Part shown: in pieces, positions 55,822 to 63,985 of the stretch | Numbering within the stretch: position 1 is the first letter of the stretch | How the letters are laid out: each line of letters begins with the position of its first letter | Origin: a virus | Strand: one strand, 5' to 3' | Length of the DNA stretch: 64,000 bases | Virus record (IMG/VR): IMGVR_UViG_3300045988_151578 | The notes under the pieces: generated by a model | Database searches by the model: none | The model's input: the letters and a program-made list of their open reading frames with translations, nothing else | Told to the model about the DNA's origin: nothing | Position numbers and translations under genes: made by a program

Positions 55822-56277
55822 TTAGAAGTTATTTTTGTTAAATGTATCGGTAAATATCATAAGAGTATAGAATTGATTATTCGAATCAGTAAGATAGGTT
55901 ATCCCATCTATGTGATTATTCTCGGATTCCATCTCATCCTCTTCGAAAAGCTTTTCGATAGAATCTATTAGGGATTTACCATGATCCTTATCCTTAGTGG
56001 GATAACTTATTGTGAAGGTTACCATAAGTTTATCCTCGGTTTCCCTAACCTTATTAAGGGTTAGTTTGTCGCAATATGAGGTTATAGGATGATCTCCATA
56101 GGAACAGTCATCCAAGATATTCATCTCTATCTCCTTAAGCATCATCCTTGCCTTCATGGATATGTCCAGATTCATATTAGGCATCTTCTTTCGAAAGTCC
56201 TTGATAGCATCTAATGGAGTTTCATATAGATCATTGATTACTCTATCGATTGAATTAATGAAGTTTCTAGTGTTCAT
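55822..56277 (-). CDS. Hypothetical acidic early protein
   Basis: ORF in track. No motif. Confidence 0.55.
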   Translation of the reverse strand: MNTRNFINSIDRVINDLYETPLDAIKDFRKKMPNMNLDISMKARMMLKEIEMNILDDCSYGDHPITSYCDKLTLNKVRETEDKLMVTFTISYPTKDKDHGKSLIDSIEKLFEEDEMESENNHIDGITYLTDSNNQFYTLMIFTDTFNKNNF

Positions 56278-56374
56278 ATTTATTGTTAATTAAAGATTGA
56301 TAATATGATTAATGCTAAGTATACTATGACGAATATTAGGATTACGAATAGTGTATCCTTTATGGTTGATTTTT

Positions 56375-56815
56375 TCATTTGAGATTGATTATTATGGTTA
56401 TTGTTATTTGTGTGTTATGTATATTCCCGGTTCTGTGTAATCTGATAAGATTATTATCCTTATCGCAGAATACGATGTGATATTTATCGAATTCCCGGGA
56501 TTGATAGGTAGTGGTTTCGAGGAAGTTAACTAGGATATCGCATACCAGATTCCAAATGAGATTATTATTGAATCTAGCCTGGGATGCAGCTTCTTCGTTT
56601 CCCTTAAGATTTCGATTTAATAAAGATATGGATAATACTTCCGTATGGAATGGTAGTGTAACTGCATTGATTAAATCCTGGTAATTCTCTTCGTGTTTGA
56701 AAGTGTATAAGCTATCTTTTTTGATTTCGATACATTTCTCTTCTACCTTTGAAAGGATTGCATTAAGATCGAGATCCTTGAAGGTGATTGGTTTGATGGT
56801 TTTTGATTTTTTCAT
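56375..56815 (-). CDS. Hypothetical early protein
   Basis: First ORF after promoter 56863..56894. No motif. Confidence 0.55.
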   Translation of the reverse strand: MKKSKTIKPITFKDLDLNAILSKVEEKCIEIKKDSLYTFKHEENYQDLINAVTLPFHTEVLSISLLNRNLKGNEEAASQARFNNNLIWNLVCDILVNFLETTTYQSREFDKYHIVFCDKDNNLIRLHRTGNIHNTQITITIIINLK

Positions 56816-56862
56816 TTTACTACATTTTTAATTGTTATACATATTATTTAAATTTTCTGTTG

Positions 56863-56894
56863 CAAAATTAATGCAAATAATTCATATATGCAAA
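56863..56894 (-). promoter_or_regulatory. Early promoter, Bacteroidota sigma-A type
   Basis: The minus strand reads TTTG (56894-56891), 20 nt, then TAATTTTG (56870-56863). Confidence 0.65.
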
Positions 56895-57067
56895 TATTTT
56901 TGCAACAAATTTATAATTTCAGCTCGTTTGAAGATAGTTTATGATAGTAGATGAGTAAGATTTGCTCTTTTAGCATATCCCGGGATAATTCTAGAGGAGT
57001 ATTTTTAATTTTAGATAAGATTAATAAGTTAATAAGTGGGATATTTTTCTAGATATGGGTATAGTAA

Positions 57068-57326
57068 GGGGCCTTGTGTCTTTATCTCCACGAGGATTTA
57101 ATATAAAATAAAGGCCTATAAACGTGCCTATGCTTTAAAGTTTGGGGCATATTAGGGGCCTTAATTCCTTATCCTGAATGGGCCTAAAATAATTAATATT
57201 GGGGCCTTAGTTCATTAATAATTTAATAGATTGGGGCTTTATTTCCTTTAGGTTGGGGTACCACAAATCCTTAAATCCCAGTAGCTTTATATATAATATA
57301 TACTATAGTAAAGTTGGGGATTGGGG
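57068..57326 (+). repeat. Cluster of eight GGGG-containing iteron-like motifs (TTGGGGCYTTA-type)
   Basis: GGGG runs start at 57068, 57144, 57155, 57201, 57233, 57255, 57316 and 57323. Examples are GGGGCCTTGTGTCTTTATCTCCA, GGGGCCTTAATTCCTTATCC, GGGGCCTTAGTTCATT and GGGGCTTTATTTCCTTTAGG. No ORF of 60 aa or more lies here. Confidence 0.75.
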
Positions 57327-57378
57327 ATAAGGATTTGGTTCTGAGATAGCGAATTTAGGATCTGGAATTGGATATCAC

Positions 57379-57422
57379 AAAAAAGAGTCCAGCTATACAT
57401 GTACATATTGTAGTATAGCTGG
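57379..57422 (-). terminator. Rho-independent terminator (minus strand)
   Basis: 10-bp stem CCAGCTATAC / GTATAGCTGG with a 14-nt loop. A6 on the plus strand at 57379-57384 gives a U6 run 4 nt after the hairpin on the minus strand. Confidence 0.7.
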
Positions 57423-57537
57423 AAAGCTCTTGTGTTTAGTACCCCCCTTTATCCTATCCCCAAGTTGGGATTTTAGGATTTTTTTCGCCCCACCCCCTGA
57501 AGGTACCTATAGTATGTTTATTTATTAGTATTATATA

Positions 57538-57801
57538 TTATTTGAATATAAGGATGGTATCGGATTTTATTCGAATGTATCGATCTTTTATACTATCTGA
57601 GTTTAAGTATATGTATGTATCTATTACTTTTACTGTATCAGATATTTTTGATTTATCTTGATACCTTATATTCTTTTTTGGTTTTTCTTTGTTTGGGGTG
57701 GGTACTATACTGGGTAGGAATGGTAGGATTATTAAATATATCGATAGGATTAAATCGATTAATAGTAATTTTCCCAGGGGTTCCTTTAATAGTCTTCTCA
57801 T
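57538..57801 (-). CDS. Small membrane protein
   Basis: TM helix LLLIDLILSIYLIILPFLPSIV. 4-nt overlap with the upstream ORF. Confidence 0.5.
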   Translation of the reverse strand: MRRLLKEPLGKLLLIDLILSIYLIILPFLPSIVPTPNKEKPKKNIRYQDKSKISDTVKVIDTYIYLNSDSIKDRYIRIKSDTILIFK

Positions 57802-57986
57802 TCTGATAACTGATTTAATAGGTTTTTGTTTTGTTTGGAGAGGTACTTTCTGATTACATCCTTAATCTCCTGGGATGTATTCTGATTGAGGTATAGGATT
57901 ATCACTTCTCTTTCCGATAGTGTGTAGAGATATTCTATCTGTTCTTCCTCGGTTGAGAGGTTTTGGATTATTTCTAATGGGATCAT
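57798..57986 (-). CDS. Small acidic hypothetical protein
   Basis: 62 aa with 4-nt overlaps on both sides. Confidence 0.5.
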   Translation of the reverse strand: MIPLEIIQNLSTEEEQIEYLYTLSEREVIILYLNQNTSQEIKDVIRKYLSKQNKNLLNQLSE

Positions 57987-58207
57987 AATGATAAGGAGTT
58001 GATGAAGAATTCTACGTAGTCGTTATCTATACCTAAATTATGGCAAGCCTCTTCGAAATCCTCATATCTTAGATCTCCTACATCTCTTAGATCATTCAAG
58101 TTATCTATTTCGTTGTTGATGTAGTCGGATGCTTGTTTGGGAGAGCAATGGCATGAATCACATACCTGATTTATTATATTGTCTCTATCGTTCATAGTTA
58201 TAGCCAT
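57983..58207 (-). CDS. Small strongly acidic hypothetical protein
   Basis: 74 aa, Asp/Glu/Asn-rich (DNLNDLRDVGDLRYEDFEEACHNLGIDNDYVEFF), with C-x-x-C-x-C near the N-terminus. Confidence 0.5.
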   Translation of the reverse strand: MAITMNDRDNIINQVCDSCHCSPKQASDYINNEIDNLNDLRDVGDLRYEDFEEACHNLGIDNDYVEFFINSLSL

Positions 58208-58209
58208 AG

Positions 58210-58428
58210 TTATTCCTCCTTAATAAATGTTACGGTTAAGATGTTTCTATTTCTTGTGCCTTGGATTCTTACGTGTACTTTGCTAGAGTTTATATACTTT
58301 AAGAAGTAACTCATTATATATCTTATAAGATATATTCTAGAATGAGTTCTCATACGGGGTAATTTTACAAGGTAGTGAAAGGATTTATTATGTGCCCTCA
58401 CTACCTTGATATCGTATCCTATATTCAT
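58210..58428 (-). CDS. Small basic hypothetical protein
   Basis: 72 aa, Arg/Lys/His-rich, in operon packing. Confidence 0.45.
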   Translation of the reverse strand: MNIGYDIKVVRAHNKSFHYLVKLPRMRTHSRIYLIRYIMSYFLKYINSSKVHVRIQGTRNRNILTVTFIKEE

Positions 58429-58799
58429 TGCTGTAGGAAAATCTTCTTGAACTTGTAGTTGATCATTTGAGCAACTGCAATATATTCCATGTATGTATCA
58501 TTAGTGATAGGATTGGGTTCTTGATTTACCCAATGCAGATATTCACTGAATGTACCTTCGAATTCTATATCGTGTAGCGGAAAGATCTTTTGAACTGATA
58601 TCTTTACGAAATCCTCATTCTTAAGGGTTTTTACGAAATCTTCAGGATTTACATCGGTTGGGTTAGGTATACCCTTATGATAAGCCACTATATCATATTT
58701 GTTAGCGACATTATGAACCATAGTAAAATCATTGAAACTGTTAATCCGGGCATGGTCATTTAAAGCTAAGTTCATAATTCTTAGCTTATTATCATCCAT
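58425..58799 (-). CDS. Hypothetical protein
   Basis: ORF in track. It overlaps the upstream ORF by 8 nt. Confidence 0.5.
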   Translation of the reverse strand: MDDNKLRIMNLALNDHARINSFNDFTMVHNVANKYDIVAYHKGIPNPTDVNPEDFVKTLKNEDFVKISVQKIFPLHDIEFEGTFSEYLHWVNQEPNPITNDTYMEYIAVAQMINYKFKKIFLQQ

Positions 58800-59436
58800 T
58801 AAGGGATCTCCTATAATGCAAGATTGACCCTATACGAGAATAACCACATATAACTGCATCACTACCTATAACGGAATCACCATATACTTCCGAACGATCC
58901 ATTATGATAGCATCATCCTTTACAACGGCATCCCATACTTCAGCATAATCTCTTATATAAGCCGTTCCTTTTATTTTAGCATGTCCATATACACGAGCCC
59001 CATCTCTTATGATGGGTGAACCAAATATCTGGGCATTACCTGCAACTACTGCTGAATTCATTACTCTAGAAAAACCCGATACTTGGGCATGATCCATAAC
59101 TACAGCATTATTTAGAATCCTAGCAGAACTAAGTACTATTGCTTCGTCAAGTACCCTAGCATTACTAGATATACAAGCATTATGTTTTACAATAGCTTCA
59201 TCTAATACAGTAGCATTACCTACTACTTTAGCCTTATCTAATACTTTGGCATTGCCTCCTACCCAACATTCATTGACTTGAGATAGATTATCATATTTTT
59301 GTATGTATCCTCCAATATCTCCGGCTTTAACCCTTGTACCGATATTTCTTAAAGCTTGGATTCGGTATAGAGTTTTGCCCTCATATTCGATCTTATGTTT
59401 GTCATCCCTTAAGATTTGATACTTTCGATTTTCCAT
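58792..59436 (-). CDS. Left-handed beta-helix (hexapeptide repeat) protein, YdcK-like
   Basis: About 22 consecutive hexapeptide units (NAKVLD KAKVVG NATVLD EAIVKH ...). The N-terminal YQILRDD..YEGKTLYRIQAL..VKAGDIGGYIQ..NLSQVNECWV resembles the E. coli YdcK N-terminus as I remember it. Confidence 0.6.
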   Translation of the reverse strand: MENRKYQILRDDKHKIEYEGKTLYRIQALRNIGTRVKAGDIGGYIQKYDNLSQVNECWVGGNAKVLDKAKVVGNATVLDEAIVKHNACISSNARVLDEAIVLSSARILNNAVVMDHAQVSGFSRVMNSAVVAGNAQIFGSPIIRDGARVYGHAKIKGTAYIRDYAEVWDAVVKDDAIIMDRSEVYGDSVIGSDAVICGYSRIGSILHYRRSLNG

Positions 59437-59448
59437 ATTCGTATGTTT

Positions 59449-59961
59449 TTATAATTTTGTTGTTTTTTGATTGTAAAGTTCGCTATCCAGGTATTTTGTA
59501 GTACCATCTGTGATGAAAACCTCATCTTTTTTGAGAGATTCATACATGGATAAGTAGAACATGCAGTTTTCGTCTTCCTCATCATAATGTTCGAAATAGG
59601 TTTTGAGCATACTCTGCATTTCTTTGAGTATCTGTTTGAAATACTCATTGTAAGCAACGGTTAAATCCCGGAGAAGATTTAAGAAATATAAAGCCTGGCA
59701 TGCGCATTCCATATCATCAGGTATATAGTCAAACCAAGAGTCATCTCCATATTCTTCTGAAAAATCTATGTTTTGTAGGTTTTTCAGAGTATCCTTATAA
59801 AGAGCAGTAGCACTCTTATAAATGTATACCGTAGAATATTCAGGATCATCCTCTAATTTGATTGTTTGTATGGCATTTTCCGATGACCAATCATCCATTC
59901 TTGAGAAGATGGCAATGTTTAATGTGGTGTTGTTACCAAGTTTTGCATTTTGATTTTTCAT
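59449..59961 (-). CDS. Hypothetical acidic early protein
   Basis: First ORF after promoter 60009..60040. No motif. Confidence 0.55.
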   Translation of the reverse strand: MKNQNAKLGNNTTLNIAIFSRMDDWSSENAIQTIKLEDDPEYSTVYIYKSATALYKDTLKNLQNIDFSEEYGDDSWFDYIPDDMECACQALYFLNLLRDLTVAYNEYFKQILKEMQSMLKTYFEHYDEEDENCMFYLSMYESLKKDEVFITDGTTKYLDSELYNQKTTKL

Positions 59962-59990
59962 AATTTTATAATTTTAAAGTGAAACATATA

Positions 59991-60072
59991 TTAATTATTT
60001 TATATGTGCAAAATTAATACATTTATTTTTATTATGCAAATAAATACATACATTTTTATAAAAATAGCTCAG
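59991..60072 (-). repeat. Promoter cassette copy: inverted partner of 49685..49765 and direct partner of 63946..64000
   Basis: Hand alignment. About 82 nt are near-identical to the inverted 49.7 kb copy. 59969-60023 is identical to 63946-64000. Confidence 0.85.
60009..60040 (-). promoter_or_regulatory. Early promoter, Bacteroidota sigma-A type
   Basis: The minus strand reads TTTG (60040-60037), 20 nt, then TAATTTTG (60016-60009). Confidence 0.7.
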
Positions 60073-60249
60073 TTCCGAAGGAGGTGTATAGGATAAAGTA
60101 TATACACACTAAAAAAGGCCTACTTTCTCAAGCAAGCCCCTAAAAACCAACCAATTAATATGAAAAAATTCATGTGTTACAGTGGTTGACACCCTTACTA
60201 ACTAGTTAAAACAATTTGAAAACTTATATGATTATGTATATTATAATAG

Positions 60250-60633
60250 TTACTTTATGATCAAGTCATCTATAGGCACTTTCAATAATTCTGATATCTC
60301 CATCAATAAACCTCTACCGGGTTGAACACTATTAGATGTTATAGAGTATATACTTTTAGGATTACCTAACTTAAGTACTTCTCCTAGAACTTTTACTCTT
60401 ATGCCCTTAGATTTACATACCTCTCCTATACGATTTTTAACAAACCCATATTTCTTTTTACGTATAGCACTGCCTACATAATTAGAAGCAGCACCTTTAC
60501 CTCTAAAATGCTTTATACAATGTTTTTGATTAGTAGATAATTTTCTAGCCCATACATTTGCACTTCCATGTATTAGTCCATCTCTAACTTCAAAATCATC
60601 GTAATCCTTTAAATATAAATACGTCTTACCCAT
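60250..60633 (-). CDS. Putative DNA-binding regulator with C-terminal XRE-like helix-turn-helix
   Basis: IGEVCKSKGIRVKVLGEVLKLGNPKSIYSITSNSVQPGRGLLMEISELLKVPIDDLI has the HTH_XRE layout. Confidence 0.5.
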   Translation of the reverse strand: MGKTYLYLKDYDDFEVRDGLIHGSANVWARKLSTNQKHCIKHFRGKGAASNYVGSAIRKKKYGFVKNRIGEVCKSKGIRVKVLGEVLKLGNPKSIYSITSNSVQPGRGLLMEISELLKVPIDDLIIK

Positions 60634-60680
60634 ATCTAATATTATTAATATACGTGCATTATGTTTTAAATTAGCTATAT

Positions 60681-61031
60681 TTAATCTTGTCTAGAATTAT
60701 CTTTTACTAATAACTTTATAATTTCTACTGATATCTTAAATCCCATCTCTTGAGGAATATATAATATCGTAAGAATAATCTTATCCTTTGGCAATAATAT
60801 CTGAATGATATTATTGGGTATTACCAATATTGGTTGTGGAGCACATCCATCCCGGGTAAAATTATCAAAGATAGCTTTTATACGACTTTCTACTTCACTT
60901 ACACCTGGTATGGCTATTCTTATAGATGTCATTGCTTGTTTTAATCCTTGAGTAAGAGCATTATACAACCAAGTATTATCTACTAAATCATTCTTACTCA
61001 TTCTTACTATGTTTATGCTAATATTTTCCAT
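60681..61031 (-). CDS. Hypothetical protein
   Basis: ORF in track. No motif. Confidence 0.5.
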   Translation of the reverse strand: MENISINIVRMSKNDLVDNTWLYNALTQGLKQAMTSIRIAIPGVSEVESRIKAIFDNFTRDGCAPQPILVIPNNIIQILLPKDKIILTILYIPQEMGFKISVEIIKLLVKDNSRQD

Positions 61032-61035
61032 AATT

Positions 61036-61941
61036 TTATTTGTTTAAGTACATTGACCCAATAGATTCTAATCCACTATCCTCTTCTGATGGTTCTGGAT
61101 CTTCATATACATCTAATTCAGGATCATAATCATCGGGATCTATATTTTGTTCTATTTCTCTTCTTAACTGATGATGTAATTCAGAGGATTTTTCTAAAGC
61201 ACCTTTATAGTTATCAACTATAGAGTTAAGTTCTACATTATCTAGGCTGGATACTTCTTTTTGTTCTATATTTCCCTGTTTAGTAGCAACTACTTCAGGT
61301 AAGTCATCTATATTATACTTATTTTCTAAGAATTTTACTTCAGCAGATTCTAAGTAATTATGACTGGATTCGTCTTGTATTAAGCTTCTAGCCTCATCTA
61401 CAGTTATATATTGCTGATTGTTTTCTATTACGTTATTGCTATTTATCTGGTTAAATATGTTAGTAGTACCTCCTCCTATTAAGTTCTTAATGATTGTCTG
61501 TAAAGAACTAGATGAATCTATCTTTAGTTTTAAAGCCTTATTCAATTCTGCAGTTAGATATGGTACATACTTACCATTTTGAGCTTTCTTTAGGATATCT
61601 ACCTGTTTAGATATTTCCATTCTATCCTCTAAAGCCCATAATAATTGTTCTCCACATAAACTACTGAATAGTTCTTCTTGTTTATCCATATCCCACATTT
61701 TATTAGATAGTAACCTATCTCTCATGAATAATTGAACATAGGTTACTTCAACTCCAATAGTAGTAGATAGGTGATTTATATCATAGGATATTCCACAAAC
61801 ATAACCGTTATTTAATATCCACTCCCTAATAAAATAATCTTGAGCTTTCTTTAAATAACTTTTATCTTTGGTTTCATGAAACTTACTCATTAATGAGGTA
61901 AATCCCATTGGTCTCGGTATTCTTTTATGATTATCTGACAT
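61036..61941 (-). CDS. Hypothetical protein with acidic Pro/Asp/Glu C-terminal tail
   Basis: The track start 61974 is TTG; the first ATG is at 61941 (MSDNHKRIPRP...). The C-terminus is DPDDYDPELDVYEDPEPSEEDSG. Confidence 0.5.
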   Translation of the reverse strand: MSDNHKRIPRPMGFTSLMSKFHETKDKSYLKKAQDYFIREWILNNGYVCGISYDINHLSTTIGVEVTYVQLFMRDRLLSNKMWDMDKQEELFSSLCGEQLLWALEDRMEISKQVDILKKAQNGKYVPYLTAELNKALKLKIDSSSSLQTIIKNLIGGGTTNIFNQINSNNVIENNQQYITVDEARSLIQDESSHNYLESAEVKFLENKYNIDDLPEVVATKQGNIEQKEVSSLDNVELNSIVDNYKGALEKSSELHHQLRREIEQNIDPDDYDPELDVYEDPEPSEEDSGLESIGSMYLNK

Positions 61942-62242
61942 ACTTATAAGATTTTCTAATATCGTTTTTTTCAATATAGTCTATCTTCTTCAACTTTACC
62001 CATAAGTATAAATCAACCGTATCACTTTCATAAAAATGAGAAGAGTATATTAGAGCTTCATATTTATCATCAGGATATGATAATAAAGTAAAGGGTATAT
62101 CATGTACCAAATCCCAGGTGAATATAAAATCACAATTTAAAGATTTAGGGATTTCCCGAAGAAAATCCCTAACCTTAATAACCCTAAATTTATTACCATG
62201 TTGATCTAGGATTAAGTCACCCGTATTATTTTTGTCTCGCAT
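61931..62242 (-). CDS. Hypothetical protein
   Basis: ORF in track with an ATG start. Confidence 0.5.
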   Translation of the reverse strand: MRDKNNTGDLILDQHGNKFRVIKVRDFLREIPKSLNCDFIFTWDLVHDIPFTLLSYPDDKYEALIYSSHFYESDTVDLYLWVKLKKIDYIEKNDIRKSYKYVR

Positions 62243-62687
62243 TACTAGGATATTTTTCTAATAATCTCTTAACTCCGATAGGATCATCCTTATCCACAAT
62301 TTGTGATTCAGAATCCTTATAAGCAATCATCACGGGTTCGTGATTTTTATGCCTATATTCGTTTATCTTATTTTGCTGATTAGGGAAATTAGATAATCTA
62401 TAAGGAACTACGTAGGTCCTATAAAAATATCCCCAAAGGCTTTTAGTTAAGGGTTTACCAACATAGTGTGATCTGAGAGCAGATATGCTTTGGAATTTTA
62501 CCTCAAAGTTTTTAACTAACTCCCTAAAAGCAGCATAATAGATTATACCAGATTTGGCATTTACATACTTGCTTTTACTTATGCTTAGTAAAAATTCTGT
62601 ACCAAATTCCTTCATGAATTCTTTTCTATCGAATTCATAGTTTTTTTGGTCCATATTGAACTTCTTTATATATTCTAGTGCTTCCAT
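62226..62687 (-). CDS. Hypothetical protein
   Basis: ORF in track with an ATG start. Confidence 0.5.
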   Translation of the reverse strand: MEALEYIKKFNMDQKNYEFDRKEFMKEFGTEFLLSISKSKYVNAKSGIIYYAAFRELVKNFEVKFQSISALRSHYVGKPLTKSLWGYFYRTYVVPYRLSNFPNQQNKINEYRHKNHEPVMIAYKDSESQIVDKDDPIGVKRLLEKYPSNARQK

Positions 62688-62688
62688 T

Positions 62689-63153
62689 TTATTCGTATTT
62701 TAATGTTACATCAAGTGGTTTTGATAATATTGTGAATAAATAACCGAATTTACCTTCATCGGTCAAAACTTCAGTATATGAAGACCATACAGATCCTCTT
62801 ATCCTAAATAAATCTAGTTGAACTGGCCCATCTTTTAAGGGTATTTCTGTGATATATAACGTGTGATCACTTTCATCATATCCATATGATTCAAAAGTAA
62901 AGTGTGGATGATTATCATGTATCCATAAATTACCCTCTATAAAATACTTAGGATATCTTTCTGAGTTTTTGGTATCTATGAATTTGCATTTCCATAAATA
63001 TCCTCTTCCATAAAGATATCCAAAGGTAGTTTCTGGATCAATTTCCTTATTGGGATTAGCAGGATAGCTAAATAGAAGTTTTGCGATGTTTGTTTTTAGA
63101 TTTCTTATTAACATGTTTCTTAGATTTCTTTTTGTGAGACAATAGATATTCAT
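62689..63153 (-). CDS. Hypothetical protein
   Basis: The track start 63165 is TTG; ATG codons lie at 63153 and 63114. The N-terminus overlaps the 3' end of 63068..63403, so the true start is uncertain. Confidence 0.45.
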   Translation of the reverse strand: MNIYCLTKRNLRNMLIRNLKTNIAKLLFSYPANPNKEIDPETTFGYLYGRGYLWKCKFIDTKNSERYPKYFIEGNLWIHDNHPHFTFESYGYDESDHTLYITEIPLKDGPVQLDLFRIRGSVWSSYTEVLTDEGKFGYLFTILSKPLDVTLKYE

Positions 63154-63403
63154 TGATATCTTCAATCCTATCTAATACTACAGCCTTAACGACTATTTTG
63201 ACAGGTAAGAAGAAAACGTTTTGAATATTACTGGCATTTATACATATGTCATATAATTTCATAAACTTGTTACGGTCACCAAATTTTAAATCTCTTTGAA
63301 TTAGGTAGGTGATGATGGCTTTCTTATGTAAAGCTATCAACTCTTCTCGATTTTTAGATATTTCCTTTTTTGATAGAGCCGTATATTTCTTATAATTAGC
63401 CAT
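63068..63403 (-). CDS. Hypothetical protein with Lys-rich C-terminal tail
   Basis: ATG start at 63403. The C-terminus is HKKKSKKHVNKKSKNKHRKTSI. Confidence 0.45.
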   Translation of the reverse strand: MANYKKYTALSKKEISKNREELIALHKKAIITYLIQRDLKFGDRNKFMKLYDICINASNIQNVFFLPVKIVVKAVVLDRIEDINEYLLSHKKKSKKHVNKKSKNKHRKTSI

Positions 63404-63461
63404 AATTAACCATTATTAGGTTAGTGAGATATAATCATTCCCACTAACCTATATTAAGAGA

Positions 63462-63938
63462 TTAAACAACTTCCACATTTGGTTTGAGAACTTCGGATTT
63501 GTAAATTTCGAATGCTTTCTTGGCTTCCTTATATTCCTTAGAATTTTCATCCTTAATCCTAAGATAAGCCCTTTCCAAAGTCTTAAGTTTATTTCTTACC
63601 GATTGTCTCCATTTCTTTCTCTGGAGGGTATCTTCTATTCCTTCCGGGTAGATGTATTTAACTTCCCTATTTGAAGTTACCTTCTCTACCAAAGAAGCAG
63701 CCTGCTGTTTTGCAACATCCTTGATAACCTTTTCGACCTTTTCTTCAGGAGTTACCTTCTTTTTGAGTTTGATAACCTTCTTGGGTTTTTCGGTGTTTTC
63801 TGATTCCTTAGATTTAAGGACCTTCTTAGTTTTCTTAGATTCGGTAGTATTGGATTTTTCTACCTTGGTTTTGTTAACCTTCTGATTTTCCTGGGTGTTC
63901 TCAGCTTTTGTAGCTTTAACTTTTAATACTTTTTTCAT
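63462..63938 (-). CDS. Lysine-rich (histone H1-like low-complexity) early protein
   Basis: The N-terminal ~70 aa are a K/E/T/N-rich low-complexity region (KKVLKVKATKAENTQENQKVNKTKVEKSNTTESKKTKKVLKSKESENTEKPKKVIKLKKK) followed by a helical C-terminal domain. It is the first gene after promoter copy 63986..>64000. Confidence 0.55.
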   Translation of the reverse strand: MKKVLKVKATKAENTQENQKVNKTKVEKSNTTESKKTKKVLKSKESENTEKPKKVIKLKKKVTPEEKVEKVIKDVAKQQAASLVEKVTSNREVKYIYPEGIEDTLQRKKWRQSVRNKLKTLERAYLRIKDENSKEYKEAKKAFEIYKSEVLKPNVEVV

Positions 63939-63985
63939 AAATTCTTAATTTTAAAGTGAAACATATATTAATTATTTTATATGTG

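Noticed and set aside
57068-57326. Canonical G-quadruplex
   Set aside because: Most GGGG runs are separated by 7 to 70 nt. I never see four runs with short loops in a row, so a standard intramolecular G4 is not supported.
54960-57540. Possibility that the GGGGCYTT repeat islands are a CRISPR array
   Set aside because: The repeats are 17 nt or shorter, degenerate and irregularly spaced, and partly directly abutting with no spacers. No cas genes are present.
53042-57540. tRNA or tmRNA genes in the long non-coding regions (also 6800-7012, 11920-12107, 47570-47825 and 60062-60249)
   Set aside because: I found no GTTCRANYC-type T-loop with matching acceptor and anticodon stems by eye. A tRNAscan/Infernal run would be needed for certainty.
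57615-57806. Plus-strand 63-aa ORF
   Set aside because: It is antisense to the small membrane protein gene.
59409-59657. Minus-strand 82-aa alternative-frame ORF
   Set aside because: It lies inside 59449..59961 in another frame. The longer ORF begins right behind the promoter and leader.
63652-63885. Plus-strand 77-aa ORF
   Set aside because: It is antisense to the Lys-rich gene. Poly-Phe/Leu content is the expected artefact of reading Lys/Glu codons in reverse.
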